The position numbers and the translations under genes were made by a program. A stretch of DNA of 64,000 nt from assembly GCF_004799445.1 (NCBI RefSeq), contig NZ_SSNA01000121.1:4234-68233 (forward strand). Direction: 5' to 3'. The notes under the pieces were generated by a model. It was given only the letters and a program-made list of their open reading frames with translations. It made no database searches and was not told the DNA's origin. Of this stretch, positions 1-9,879 are shown piece by piece. The first letter of the stretch is position 1, and every line of letters starts with the position of its first letter. Origin of the DNA: Bradyrhizobium sp. Its GTDB lineage: Bacteria; Pseudomonadota; Alphaproteobacteria; Rhizobiales; Xanthobacteraceae.

Positions 1-1
1 G

Positions 2-1471
2 CTCACCGAGGAACACCCGATCAGTACCAAGGACGGGCTGCGGCTGTTCCTGACGCGCCGCATGACGGTGCTCGACGATGCGGGCGAGCCGCAATATCTG
101 ATCAAGACCCATGAGGACGTCACCGACCGCCGGCAGACCGAGTCGCGCATGGCCCACATGGCATATCACGACGGCCTGACCGATCTGCCGAACCGCGCGG
201 CATTCCTGCAGGCGCTGGCGCAGATGATCGAGGCCTGTGGAGGTACCGATGAGGAATTCGCGGTGCTGTCCCTCGACCTCGACGGCCTGAAGGAAATCAA
301 CGATGTGTTCGGCCATGCGACCGGCGACAAATTGCTGATCGAAGTGGCGCGCCGCATCCAGGATTCGGCGCGCGGCGGGGTTGTGGCGCGGCTTTCCGGT
401 GACGAGTTCGGGTTGATCATCGACGGCAAGCAGCCCGTTGCCGGAATGCTGCTCGCCGAGCAGCTCGCCGAAATCCTCGCCAAGGAGTTCGTGATAGAAG
501 GCAAGTCGGTTCGTACCGGCGTGACAACGGGCATCTCGATTTTCCCGCACAATGGCGCCGACGCAGCTTCCCTGCTTGCGAACGCTGGCGCGGCCTTGTT
601 TCGCGCCAAGGCGAAATCCCGCGGCTCGATCAGCATCTATGAGCCCGAGATGGACCAGCAGATTCGCGATCGTCGCGTGCTGCACCAGGACCTCTCGGCT
701 GCCATCAGGAACGGCGAATTGTCGCTGCATTATCAGCCGCAGGCGAAGTCGGGCCAGGACGTCGCCTCGAGCGAAATCATCGGCTTCGAGGCGCTGGCGC
801 GATGGCTGCACCCGGTGCGCGGCTTCGTGCCGCCCTCGGATTTCATCCCGATCGCAGAAGAGAGCGGCCTGATCGTCGAGATGGGCGGATGGATCCTGCG
901 CGAGGCCTGCCGCGAGGCCGCCTCATGGCCGCTGCCGCTGCAGATCGCGGTCAATCTGTCGCCGGCGCAATTCATGCACGGCGACGTCGTCAGTCTCGTG
1001 CATTCGATTCTTCTCGAAACCGGCCTGGCGCCGGGCCGGCTGGAGCTTGAGATCACCGAGGGCGTGCTGATCGAGGATTTCGACCGCGGCCTGGCGCTGT
1101 TGCGGCGGCTGAAAGCGCTCGGCGTGCGCATCTCGATGGACGATTTCGGCAGCGGCTATTCCTCGCTGAGCTATCTGCAGGCGTTTCCGTTCGACAAGAT
1201 CAAGATCGATCGCGCCTTTGTCGTGAATCTCGGGCGCAATCCGCAATCGGCGGCGATCGTCCGCGCCGTGATCGGCCTTGGTCACGGTTTGGAAATGTCG
1301 ATCGTCGCCGAGGGCGTGGAAACCCAGGAGCAACTCGCTTTCCTCGCCGAGGTGGGCTGCGACGCGGTGCAGGGCTATTTCCTCGGCAAGCCTCTGCCGA
1401 TCGGACAATACGCCGCGCTGGTCGGCCGTGACGATGGAGATGCAGCTGAGCCCGCGCGCAAGACCGGCTAG
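2..1471 (+). CDS. GGDEF/EAL signalling protein (diguanylate cyclase/phosphodiesterase), 5' end outside window
   Basis: ORF 62..1471 stays open in frame to the window edge; motifs RLSGDEFGLII (GGDEF-type), EALARW and DDFGSGYSSL (EAL); the start looks like the end of a PAS domain. Confidence 0.85.
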   Translation, partial: LTEEHPISTKDGLRLFLTRRMTVLDDAGEPQYLIKTHEDVTDRRQTESRMAHMAYHDGLTDLPNRAAFLQALAQMIEACGGTDEEFAVLSLDLDGLKEINDVFGHATGDKLLIEVARRIQDSARGGVVARLSGDEFGLIIDGKQPVAGMLLAEQLAEILAKEFVIEGKSVRTGVTTGISIFPHNGADAASLLANAGAALFRAKAKSRGSISIYEPEMDQQIRDRRVLHQDLSAAIRNGELSLHYQPQAKSGQDVASSEIIGFEALARWLHPVRGFVPPSDFIPIAEESGLIVEMGGWILREACREAASWPLPLQIAVNLSPAQFMHGDVVSLVHSILLETGLAPGRLELEITEGVLIEDFDRGLALLRRLKALGVRISMDDFGSGYSSLSYLQAFPFDKIKIDRAFVVNLGRNPQSAAIVRAVIGLGHGLEMSIVAEGVETQEQLAFLAEVGCDAVQGYFLGKPLPIGQYAALVGRDDGDAAEPARKTG

Positions 1472-1516
1472 ATCCTCGGCTCCAGGTAAATCAGAACCAG
1501 GCACTGCCTTATTGTT

Positions 1517-1565
1517 TGAAGCGTTTTCCTGACGCGAATCGCTATCCCCTTCACTCGAAAACGCT
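1517..1565. repeat. Repeat family C copy (inverted orientation): ...GCGTTTTC..GCGAA....CGCGTCA.GAAAACGC...
   Basis: Reverse complement matches copies at 22192, 25968, 36086, 36468 and 36527. Confidence 0.6.
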
Positions 1566-1576
1566 ATGGTCCCGGG

Positions 1577-3037
1577 ATGGCGGACTACGATCTTGCGATC
1601 ATCGGCGGCGGCTTGAACGGTGTCAGCGTCGCACGCGACGCGGCGGGACGCGGGCTCAGGGTCATTCTGCTGGAGCAGGGCGACCTCGGTGGCGCCGCCT
1701 CGTGCGCCACGCCACGGCTGATCCATGGCGATCTCGCCGCGCTGGAGCGGAGGGCGTTTTGGCGCGTTCGCGAGGCAATGGCAGAACGCGACACCTGGAG
1801 GCGGATCGCGCCGCATCTGGTGCGTCCGATCCGTTTCGTGATCCCCGCCCATTCGGACGAGCGTCCGCCATGGTTGCTGCGGCTGGGGTTATTGCTCTAT
1901 GACCGGCTCGCCCCGCAGGGCGGTCTGCCGGCGTCGGCAACCATCGATGTCACACACCATCCGATCGGCAACGCGTTGAAGCGGCCGTTCGGCACCGCGT
2001 TCGAATATTCCGATGGCCTGGTGGACGATTCGCGGCTGGTGGTCGCCAATGCGGTCGATGCCGCCGAGCGGGGCGCGGCGATCCATACCGGCGCGCGCTG
2101 CGTTCGCGCCGACCGGCTTGAGACCTGGCGGCTCGTGGTGATCGATCGCGGCCACCGGCGGGTGATCACGGCAAGGTCGCTGGCCAACGCGTCGGGTGCC
2201 TGGGCCGGCTCGGTCGCGGAAACCGTGCTGCGCATGCCGCCGCCGCGCGCCGTCGTGACCAAGATGAGCCAGATCATCGTCAGGCGCCTGTTCGAGACCG
2301 ACAACGTCTATGTCTTCCAGAACCATGATCGCCGGCTGATCTTCGCCAGTCCCTACCAGCGCGATTTCACGCTGATCGGCACCGTGGCGAAGATGTTCAG
2401 GGGCGATCCGGCCGCAGTGTCGATGGACGCCGACGAAATCACCTATCTCTGTGATGCGGCCAACCGGTATTTTCGCGAGCGGGTCGATCCTTCCGACGTG
2501 ATCAGGAGCGTCTCCGGCGCCAACATGGTCACTGGCCCGGCCGGCAAGCGTGATGGTGCGATGGCGTTCGACGCGCGGCGCGGCAGGGCACCGCTGTTGA
2601 CGATCTTCGGCGGCGACGTCACGACCTCGCGGCTGCGCGCCGAGCGCGCGGTCTCCCGGCTCACGCCGTTCTACCCGATGTCGCCGCGCTGGACCGCGGA
2701 CGCTGCGCTGCCGGGCGGCGATTTTGCCTCGGCGCAATTCGAGACCGAGGTCGAGCGTGGGCGCGAACGCTGGAAATTCCTGACCGAGCATCAGGCCCTT
2801 CGTTTGGTCTCGGCCTACGGCTCGCGCCTTGATGTCGTGCTTGGGGACGCCCGTGACCGGGCCGATCTTGGTCCGGCCTTCGGGCCGGAGCTGACGGGCG
2901 CGGAGGTGCGCTATCTCATGATCCACGAATGGGCGCGTTTCCCGGACGACATTCTCTGGCGGCGCTCAAAGCTTGGCCTGACCATGGGGCCAGCCGATCG
3001 CGAGGCGCTGGCCGCGTTCATGGCGACGGCGGCGTAA
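1577..3037 (+). CDS. glpD: FAD-dependent glycerol-3-phosphate dehydrogenase
   Basis: 486 aa; N-terminal FAD fold DLAIIGGGLNGVSVARDAAGRGL; overall GlpD-like sequence. Confidence 0.9.
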   Translation: MADYDLAIIGGGLNGVSVARDAAGRGLRVILLEQGDLGGAASCATPRLIHGDLAALERRAFWRVREAMAERDTWRRIAPHLVRPIRFVIPAHSDERPPWLLRLGLLLYDRLAPQGGLPASATIDVTHHPIGNALKRPFGTAFEYSDGLVDDSRLVVANAVDAAERGAAIHTGARCVRADRLETWRLVVIDRGHRRVITARSLANASGAWAGSVAETVLRMPPPRAVVTKMSQIIVRRLFETDNVYVFQNHDRRLIFASPYQRDFTLIGTVAKMFRGDPAAVSMDADEITYLCDAANRYFRERVDPSDVIRSVSGANMVTGPAGKRDGAMAFDARRGRAPLLTIFGGDVTTSRLRAERAVSRLTPFYPMSPRWTADAALPGGDFASAQFETEVERGRERWKFLTEHQALRLVSAYGSRLDVVLGDARDRADLGPAFGPELTGAEVRYLMIHEWARFPDDILWRRSKLGLTMGPADREALAAFMATAA

Positions 3038-3113
3038 CATGGTCGATAATAATGCGGCCATCCACAGCGCTGCGGTTGAGCCGGGGCGGTTCCGCCGCTA
3101 GCTTGCGGCAACG

Positions 3114-4304
3114 ATGGGGCAGGCTGGCATCATGACCGACGACGCAGCGAAGGCGGCATGGGATGCGGATTCGGCAAGACCCGAACCGCAACCCGCGGCC
3201 GATGTGCCGCTGTTGCGCATCGACGCGGTGGTAAAGAAGTTCGGCGCCTTCCGTGCGGTGGACCGGCTGTCGCTCGACATCCGCGCCGGCGAGTTTTTCG
3301 CCCTGCTCGGCCCGAGCGGCTGCGGCAAGACCACGCTGCTGCGGATGCTCGCCGGTTTCGAGACGCCGGACCAAGGCCGCATTCTGCTTGACGGCAAGGA
3401 CATCGCCCAGGTGCTGCCGCATCAGCGGCCGGTCAACATGATGTTCCAGAACTACGCGCTGTTTCCCCATCTCAACGTCCGCGACAATATCGCGTTCGGA
3501 CTGAAACGCGCGGGCATGCCGCGCCCCCAGCACGACACCCGGGTCGCCGAGATGGTTGCGCTGGTCAAGCTCGAGGGTCTCGAGAAACGCAAGCCCGACC
3601 AGCTCTCCGGCGGTCAAAAGCAGCGGGTGGCGCTGGCGCGGTCGCTGGCGCGGCGGCCGCAGGTGCTGCTGCTCGACGAGCCGCTCGCGGCCCTCGACAA
3701 GAAGCTGCGTGAAAGCACCCAGCTTGAACTGATGGAGCTGCAGCGGCGGCTCGGCCTGACCTTCATCATCGTCACCCACGACCAGGAAGAGGCGATGACG
3801 GTGGCCGGGCGGATCGGCGTGATGGATGCCGGCCGCCTCGAACAGGTGGCGACGCCGCGCGAGCTCTACGAGGCGCCCGGTTCGCGCTGGGTCGCCGAAT
3901 TCGTCGGTGACGTCAATTTGTTCGAGGGCCAGGTCGAGCAACGCGAGAACAGCCGGCTGGCGATCGCCACGCGCGACGCCGGAACCGTCTTTGTCGCCGA
4001 ACCGCGGCAGCCGGTCACCAAGGCCAGTGTCTGCGTCGCGATCCGCCCCGAAAAGGTCAAGCTGTCGCGCCGTGGCCCGGCGTCGGACGCGGTCAACGCG
4101 CGTGCGATCAACCGGCTGGACGGGGTGGTGACCGATGTCGGCTATCTCGGCGGTCTGACCACCTACAAGGTGAAGCTCGACAGCGGCGCCGTGCTGCGCT
4201 CGTCGATGGCCAATACCGCGCGGCTCGATCTCGACGCCTATAGCCCGGGCCAGCGCGTGGTGGCGTGGTTCACGCCCGACGATTGCGTGGTGCTGGAGCA
4301 ATGA
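3114..4304 (+). CDS. ABC transporter ATP-binding protein, PotA/PotG-like
   Basis: Walker A GPSGCGKTT, signature LSGGQKQRVALARSL, Walker B LLLDEP; C-terminal TOBE-like part; start could be ATG 3132. Confidence 0.9.
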   Translation: MGQAGIMTDDAAKAAWDADSARPEPQPAADVPLLRIDAVVKKFGAFRAVDRLSLDIRAGEFFALLGPSGCGKTTLLRMLAGFETPDQGRILLDGKDIAQVLPHQRPVNMMFQNYALFPHLNVRDNIAFGLKRAGMPRPQHDTRVAEMVALVKLEGLEKRKPDQLSGGQKQRVALARSLARRPQVLLLDEPLAALDKKLRESTQLELMELQRRLGLTFIIVTHDQEEAMTVAGRIGVMDAGRLEQVATPRELYEAPGSRWVAEFVGDVNLFEGQVEQRENSRLAIATRDAGTVFVAEPRQPVTKASVCVAIRPEKVKLSRRGPASDAVNARAINRLDGVVTDVGYLGGLTTYKVKLDSGAVLRSSMANTARLDLDAYSPGQRVVAWFTPDDCVVLEQ

Positions 4305-5212
4305 GCGCGCCATCCATCTTCACCCGCCCGGCGCGGCTCGCCGTCATCGCGCCCTATCTGTGGATGGCGCTGTTCTTCCTGGTGCCGTTCGCCTTCGTCC
4401 TCAAGATCAGCATGTCGCAGACCGCGATCGCGCAACCGCCCTACACGCCGGTGTTCGACCTGACGGCGGGGTGGGAGGCGATCAAGGCGGCGTTCGCGGC
4501 GCTCTCGGCCGACAATTTCAGGCTCCTCGTCTCCGACGACCTCTATGTCCTGTCCTATCTGCGCAGCCTGGTCGTCGCATCGGTCTCGACCGCGATCCTG
4601 CTGGCGATCGGCTATCCCATCGCCTACGGCATGGCGCGGCTGCCGCGTCGCTGGCAGAGCGTGGCGGTGATGCTGGTGATCGTGCCGTTCTGGACCTCGT
4701 TTTTGATCCGCATCTATGCCTGGATCAACATCCTGCAGCATGACGGCCTGCTCAATCAGGTGCTGCTGGCGCTGCATCTGGTATCGGCGCCGGTGGTGTG
4801 GCTCTCGACCGACAGCGCGATGTATCTCGGCATCGTCTACTCCTATCTGCCGTTCATGATCCTTCCGCTTTACGCGACGCTCGCCAAACTCGACCCGGCG
4901 CTGTTGGAGGCGGCGAGCGATCTCGGCTCGTCCCCGGCCCGCGCGTTCTGGCTGGTGACGTTCCCGCTGTCGCTGCCGGGCGTGGCCGCCGGCGCGCTGC
5001 TCTGCTTCATTCCCATCGTCGGCGAATTCGTGATCCCCGATCTTCTGGCGGGTTCGGACTCCCTGATGATCGGCCAGACCCTGTGGCTGGAATTCTTCAC
5101 CAACAAGGATTGGCCGGTGGCGTCGGCCGCCGCGGTCGTGCTGCTGTTGTTGCTGCTGGCGCCGCTGTTGCTCTACGACCGCTTGCAGCGCCGGCAATTG
5201 GAGGCGCGGTGA
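4301..5212 (+). CDS. ABC transporter permease, PotB/PotH-like
   Basis: ORF 4265..5212; ATG 4301 overlaps the upstream stop (ATGA); multiple TM segments; EAA loop LEAASDLGSSPARAFWLVTFPL. Confidence 0.85.
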   Translation: MSAPSIFTRPARLAVIAPYLWMALFFLVPFAFVLKISMSQTAIAQPPYTPVFDLTAGWEAIKAAFAALSADNFRLLVSDDLYVLSYLRSLVVASVSTAILLAIGYPIAYGMARLPRRWQSVAVMLVIVPFWTSFLIRIYAWINILQHDGLLNQVLLALHLVSAPVVWLSTDSAMYLGIVYSYLPFMILPLYATLAKLDPALLEAASDLGSSPARAFWLVTFPLSLPGVAAGALLCFIPIVGEFVIPDLLAGSDSLMIGQTLWLEFFTNKDWPVASAAAVVLLLLLLAPLLLYDRLQRRQLEAR

Positions 5213-5303
5213 TGATGCGCATGATCGTGCTCTTTCGCTCGCCTCGAACCCCGCAAGGGGGGAGGGAACGGAGAGGCCGTCGCGTCTCGTTGCGGAAGGC
5301 GCG

Positions 5304-6122
5304 ATGATGGCGCGCGGATCGAACAAACTCTCACCTTTCAACATCACCGCGCTGGCGCTGGGGTTTTCGTTTCTGTATCTGCCGATCGTGATCCTCGTGA
5401 TCTATTCGTTCAATGCTTCACGGCTGGTGACGGTGTGGGGCGGCTGGTCGCTGCGCTGGTACGTGGAGTTCTTCAACGACCGCGCCATGCTCGATGCCGC
5501 CTGGATGAGTTTTCGGGTGGCGGCGAGTTCGGCAACGCTGGCGACGCTGCTCGGCACGCTGGCCGCGGTGGCGCTGTCGCGCGGAGCAAATTTCAGAGGA
5601 CGGGCGCTGTTTTCCGGCATGCTCTATGCGCCGCTGGTGATGCCCGAGGTCATCACCGGGCTGTCGCTGCTGCTCTTGTTCGTGGCGCTCGACGCCGAGC
5701 GCGGTTTCTGGACCGTCACCATCGCCCACACCACGCTCACCCTGTGCTTCGTCGCGGTCGTGGTGCAGTCGCGCCTCGGCGCGCTCGATCCGACCCTCGA
5801 GGAGGCGGCGATGGATCTCGGCTGCGATCCCCTGCGCGCGTTCCTGGCGGCGACGCTGCCCCTGATCCTGCCCTCGATCGCGGCGGGCTGGATGCTGGCG
5901 TTCACGCTGTCGCTGGACGACCTCGTGATCGCGAGCTTCACCACCGGACCTGGTTCCTCAACGCTGCCGATCCGGATCTATTCGGAGGTGCGGCTAGGCG
6001 TGAAGCCGGAGATCAACGCGATCTGCACGCTGATCATCGGCGCGATCGCGGTAGTGATCGTCGGCGCCTCGCTGGCGGCGAAGCTGTCGGATGCGCGCGG
6101 CGAGAGTGCGGCGCCGTTGTAG
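5304..6122 (+). CDS. ABC transporter permease, PotC/PotI-like
   Basis: 272 aa, TM-rich, EAA loop EEAAMDLGCDPLRAFLAATLPL. Confidence 0.85.
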   Translation: MMARGSNKLSPFNITALALGFSFLYLPIVILVIYSFNASRLVTVWGGWSLRWYVEFFNDRAMLDAAWMSFRVAASSATLATLLGTLAAVALSRGANFRGRALFSGMLYAPLVMPEVITGLSLLLLFVALDAERGFWTVTIAHTTLTLCFVAVVVQSRLGALDPTLEEAAMDLGCDPLRAFLAATLPLILPSIAAGWMLAFTLSLDDLVIASFTTGPGSSTLPIRIYSEVRLGVKPEINAICTLIIGAIAVVIVGASLAAKLSDARGESAAPL

Positions 6123-6127
6123 CCCTC

Positions 6128-6249
6128 CGTCATTGCGAGCCAACGGGTCGCGCGAATGCGCGCCCGATGACAGGCTCCGCGAAGCAATCCATCTGGCCGC
6201 GTAAAGAAAGAATGGATTGCTTCGTCGCTTGCGCTCCTCGCAATGACGG
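6128..6249. repeat. Repeat family B copy (CGTCATTGCGAGCCAACGGGTCGCGCGAATGCGCGCCCGATGACAGGCTCCGCGAAGCAATCCA ... CAATGACGG)
   Basis: Near-identical copies at 15451..15594 and 45263..45408; terminal inverted repeats CGTCATTGCG / CGCAATGACG. Confidence 0.85.
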
Positions 6250-6271
6250 CAGAGTCGTTTCGACTTCGCTA

Positions 6272-7138
6272 TCACGACTTCACCGCGCCCGCCGTCAGCC
6301 CGCCGACCATGTAGCGCTTGAAGGCGTAGTAGATCGCGGCCGGCGGCAGCGCGTAGATGAAGCCGGTGGTCATCAGCAGTTCCCACGGCGAATCGTCGGC
6401 GGAGAGAAAGTTGCCGAGCGCCACCGGCAGCGTGATCTCCTTGTCGTTCGACAACAGCAGGAACGCGTAGAGATATTCGTTCCACGCCAGCAGCACGGCA
6501 TAGGTGCCGATCGCCACCAGCGAGGGCATCATCAGGGGGATGTAGACCAGCCGGAAAATCTGCAAAGCGGTGGCGCCGTCCATCACGGCGGCCTCGTCGA
6601 GCTCGACCGGCAGCTTGTCGGAGGCCTGCTTCAGCACCCAGATCGCATAGGGCGAGGCGATCGTCACCATCGCCAGAATCAGCGCCCAGTGGCTGTTGAG
6701 CAGGCCGTAATTGCCCATGGTCCGGTACATCGGCACCGCGAGGAACGCCGCCGGGATGAAATAAGTGAACAGCGCCAGATTCATCACCCAGCGGCCGCCG
6801 GGAACGCGCAGCCGCGAGATCGAGAACGCCGCGAAGGTCGCGATCAACAGCGTCAGCGCGCCGACCGAAACCGCGATCACCAGCGAATTCCAGAACTGGA
6901 TCCAGAAATCCCGCAGGAAATAATGCTGCTGGTAAAACACGATGTGGAAATTGTGCAGGGTCGGATGGGTCGGCCACAATTTGCCGGAGAAGGCGTCTTC
7001 CTTCGGCGAGATCGCGAACACGAACATGTGGTAGATCGGAATCATGGTCCAGATGAACACGGGGATGCCGATCAGCAGCAGCCGCGCCTCGGTGCCGACG
7101 TCGCGCAAGGTGATGTCCCGTAATGAGGCGAGCTTCAT
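6272..7138 (-). CDS. Carbohydrate (CUT1) ABC transporter permease, MalG-like
   Basis: Within ORF 6272..7693; conserved part begins at MKLASL (ATG 7138), overlapping the upstream stop by 4 nt; EAA loop DEAAVMDGATALQIFRLVYIPL. Confidence 0.9.
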   Translation of the reverse strand: MKLASLRDITLRDVGTEARLLLIGIPVFIWTMIPIYHMFVFAISPKEDAFSGKLWPTHPTLHNFHIVFYQQHYFLRDFWIQFWNSLVIAVSVGALTLLIATFAAFSISRLRVPGGRWVMNLALFTYFIPAAFLAVPMYRTMGNYGLLNSHWALILAMVTIASPYAIWVLKQASDKLPVELDEAAVMDGATALQIFRLVYIPLMMPSLVAIGTYAVLLAWNEYLYAFLLLSNDKEITLPVALGNFLSADDSPWELLMTTGFIYALPPAAIYYAFKRYMVGGLTAGAVKS

Positions 7139-8004
7139 CGCGACAACCGTTTCATCATGAAATAGATCAGCGGCGCCACCAGCGGCAGCGCGCAGACGAT
7201 CGAGGCCATTGCCAGACTCAGCTGGTCGAGCCTGAGATAGCGGATGCCGAGCGTCGCCAGCACATGGGTGAGATCGGCCGGCCCGCCGCCGGTCAACAGG
7301 TACACGCTGTTGAAATCGCCGAGCGTCCAGATCATCGAGAGCAGCGTGCAGGTGATGTACAGCGTCTGCATCGACGGCCAGGTGATGAAGCGGAATTTCT
7401 GCCACCAGTTGGCGCCGTCGACCTCGGCGGCCTCGAACAGGTCCTGCGAGATCGCCAGCCGCCCGGTCATCAGGATCAGGGTCCAGAACGGCAGCGATTT
7501 CCAGATGTGCACGCCGATCGCCATGGTCAGCGCCACCGCCGGATCGTTCAGCCAGTTCGGGCCGTCCTCGCCGGTGAACTTGAAGATCAGCTGGTTGACC
7601 ATGCCCCATTCCGGATTGAGCATGAAGCGCACCGACAGGATGGTCGGGATCGAGGGCACCGCCCAGGGCAGGATGAACAGCACCGACAGCCATTTGATCC
7701 AGGCGCGCTGCTGCACGAAGAAGCCGGACAAAAACAGCGCGATCAGCATCTTGATGTTGATGCCGATGACGAGAAAAATCAGCGTATTGACCGCGGCGCG
7801 CGCGAAGATCGGATCATGGTAGAGCGCGACATAGTTCGCCGGCGCCCGCGCCAGCCACAGCCCGTAGCCGACCGGATAGACCACGAACGCCAGGAACACC
7901 AGCAGATACGGCGTCACCATCACGATGCCCCAGACCTGCGGCGTCGTCAGCCGCGCCGCGAGCGGGGCCGAGGGCATGTCGGATGCGGAGAGCGTGATCG
8001 CCAT
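7135..8004 (-). CDS. Carbohydrate (CUT1) ABC transporter permease, MalF-like
   Basis: 289 aa, TM-rich, EAA loop FEAAEVDGANWWQKFRFITWP. Confidence 0.9.
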   Translation of the reverse strand: MAITLSASDMPSAPLAARLTTPQVWGIVMVTPYLLVFLAFVVYPVGYGLWLARAPANYVALYHDPIFARAAVNTLIFLVIGINIKMLIALFLSGFFVQQRAWIKWLSVLFILPWAVPSIPTILSVRFMLNPEWGMVNQLIFKFTGEDGPNWLNDPAVALTMAIGVHIWKSLPFWTLILMTGRLAISQDLFEAAEVDGANWWQKFRFITWPSMQTLYITCTLLSMIWTLGDFNSVYLLTGGGPADLTHVLATLGIRYLRLDQLSLAMASIVCALPLVAPLIYFMMKRLSR

Positions 8005-8055
8005 GGTGTTACTCTAGAAACGAGATGCCATCAGTATTGACGCGAACTCGATGCA

Positions 8056-8174
8056 CCTCGCCCCGCTTGCGGGGAGAGGTCGGCGCGAAGCGGCGGGTGA
8101 GGGGGACTCTCCACCAATCGCGCTCGCTGAGAGTCCCCCTCACCCCGACCCTCTCCCCGCAAGCGGGGCGAGGG
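8056..8174. repeat. Repeat family A (REP-like nested inverted repeat) between the SBP and permease genes
   Basis: Outer arms CCTCGCCCCGCTTGCGGGGAGAGG / CCTCTCCCCGCAAGCGGGGCGAGG, inner arms GGGTGAGGGGGACTCTC / GAGAGTCCCCCTCACCC; copies at 13485 and 63583. Confidence 0.85.
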
Positions 8175-8185
8175 AGAAACAAGCC

Positions 8186-9568
8186 TCACCCCGCCACTTC
8201 CTTGATGCGCGCGATCAGTTCGTCCACCGCCTTGTCGACCGGGACCTTTTCGCTGACCACGCGGTTCATCGCCTTGGCCCAGACGTTCTCGTTGTTGAGG
8301 ATGGTGAACTTCCAGTTTTTGGTAAAGTCGAACGGCGTGGTGCCGCCGGTGAACTGGGTCCAGACCGCCTTGCGGTGGCGGTCGGCCTGCCAGAACGGGC
8401 TCGCCTGGCTCGCGGTCGTGACCGGGAACCAGCGGCCGAGCGCGCCCTCGACATAGGGCCGCAAATTGTCCTCCTGCATCATGAAGCTGATGAACTGCTT
8501 AGCCGCCGCCTTGTTTTTCGCCGCGGTGAAGATCGAGCCGGTCTTGACGTCGGAGCGGTATTTGATCGGGGTGCCGTCCGGCTTGTTGGGGAACGAGGCG
8601 GTGATGATGGTCTCCTCATACGCCTTCTTGCCGGCGGCGCGCTGCTCGTCGGTCAGCGCCGGATTGGTGGAATCCTCGAACCACTTGGCCGCGATCGAGA
8701 TCGTGAAATTGTGCGTCATCACGATGGTGCGGTTGTGGAAGGCGACGTTGTTGTCGGGGTCCTTCCAGGTGGTGGAGGAGGGCGGCGTGCAGCCCTTGAT
8801 GTAGGTGTCGGTGTAATCCTTCAGCGCGTGGATCAGGCCGTCGCGCACCTTGGGATCGTCGACCAAGAGCTTGCCGTCATTGTCGACCAGCTTGACGTTG
8901 TAGGCGTCCATGAAGGTGTAGAACGACTGGAAACTGTCGGTGGATTCCACGCCCATCGGCTGGCCGACGCCGTAGATGCGCTGGCCGGTGGCTTTGCGGA
9001 TCGCCGGCTGCACCTTGTCGCACCAGAACGACCAGTAATCCTCCCACTTGGTCGGGATGTCGGCCTGCTTGAAGCCGGCCTGGGCCAGCATGTCGCCCCA
9101 GATCTGCACATGCATGCTCTGCTGCTTCATCGGGAAGCCGTAATAGGCCCGCTTCTTGGTGACGTCGTTATAGAGGTACGCGGTCTCCAGCGTGTTCGGC
9201 GCGAACGCCGCCTTCATCGGCACCAGGATGTCGGAGAGGTCCTCGAGCTTGCCCTCGAACGCCCATTTGCCGGACGCCTGCACGTCGTAGCTATCGGAGA
9301 AGGCGACGTCTGGCACGGTGCCGGAATCCAGCGCCGCCACGGTTTTCGGGATCATGTCCTGGATGGCGTATTGCGACAGCTCGACCTTGATATTGGTCTT
9401 GGCCTCGAACTTCCTGATCGCCGCGATCAGCGCGTCGTCCTCGGACTTGTAGAAGCCCTTGCTCCACCAGACCGTGATCTTTTCCTGCGCGATCGCAGGC
9501 GCCGCGGCAAGAAACAGCCCGCCAGCCACCATCGCCAATGAAAGCGCCCTTGTTACCCTGGATTGCAC
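8186..9568 (-). CDS. Extracellular solute-binding protein of CUT1 sugar ABC transporter
   Basis: 460 aa; signal peptide MQSRVTRALSLAMVAGGLFLAAAPAIAQE; family-1 SBP-like; first gene of SBP-permease-permease operon. Confidence 0.9.
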   Translation of the reverse strand: MQSRVTRALSLAMVAGGLFLAAAPAIAQEKITVWWSKGFYKSEDDALIAAIRKFEAKTNIKVELSQYAIQDMIPKTVAALDSGTVPDVAFSDSYDVQASGKWAFEGKLEDLSDILVPMKAAFAPNTLETAYLYNDVTKKRAYYGFPMKQQSMHVQIWGDMLAQAGFKQADIPTKWEDYWSFWCDKVQPAIRKATGQRIYGVGQPMGVESTDSFQSFYTFMDAYNVKLVDNDGKLLVDDPKVRDGLIHALKDYTDTYIKGCTPPSSTTWKDPDNNVAFHNRTIVMTHNFTISIAAKWFEDSTNPALTDEQRAAGKKAYEETIITASFPNKPDGTPIKYRSDVKTGSIFTAAKNKAAAKQFISFMMQEDNLRPYVEGALGRWFPVTTASQASPFWQADRHRKAVWTQFTGGTTPFDFTKNWKFTILNNENVWAKAMNRVVSEKVPVDKAVDELIARIKEVAG

Positions 9569-9700
9569 GTCGTTCTCCCTGATTGACCCAGCTTTTTTAA
9601 CCGGTTGGGTGAAAGCCTAGCGCAGTGCGGCGGCGCGATCTAGCGGGATGTTGTCAGACGTAGGTAGGGCGTAGGAGGCGGATCGGTCGACCCCGGAACC

Positions 9701-9798
9701 GTCGTCCTGAGGGGGCCGCAACGCGGCCGTCTCGAAGGACGACGGCCCCGGGCCGCTCATCCTTCGAGGCTCGCTACGCTCGCACCTCAGGATGACGG
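9701..9798. repeat. Repeat family F copy (GTCGTCCTGAGG...CTCGAAGGA...CATCCTTCGAGG...CCTCAGGATGACGG)
   Basis: Related copies at 17011..17117 and 52432..52538. Confidence 0.75.
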
Positions 9799-9879
9799 AT
9801 CGACTGTTGGTAATCCAGATTTTCAAACAGCCGAAAACCTCCCGCGGCGCCATCGCGCCCGGGGTGTGCTTCAATCTTC

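Noticed and set aside
5435-7123. 562-aa plus-strand ORF, plus similar long shadow ORFs (3018..4313, 8051..9541, 17323..18702, 20878..22176, 29079..30743, 38659..39783, 52327..53721, 61502..63136)
   Set aside because: Each overlaps a gene with clear family motifs on the other strand or in another frame. They have low-complexity R/G/A/P-rich translations and some cross intergenic repeats. They are treated as GC artefacts.
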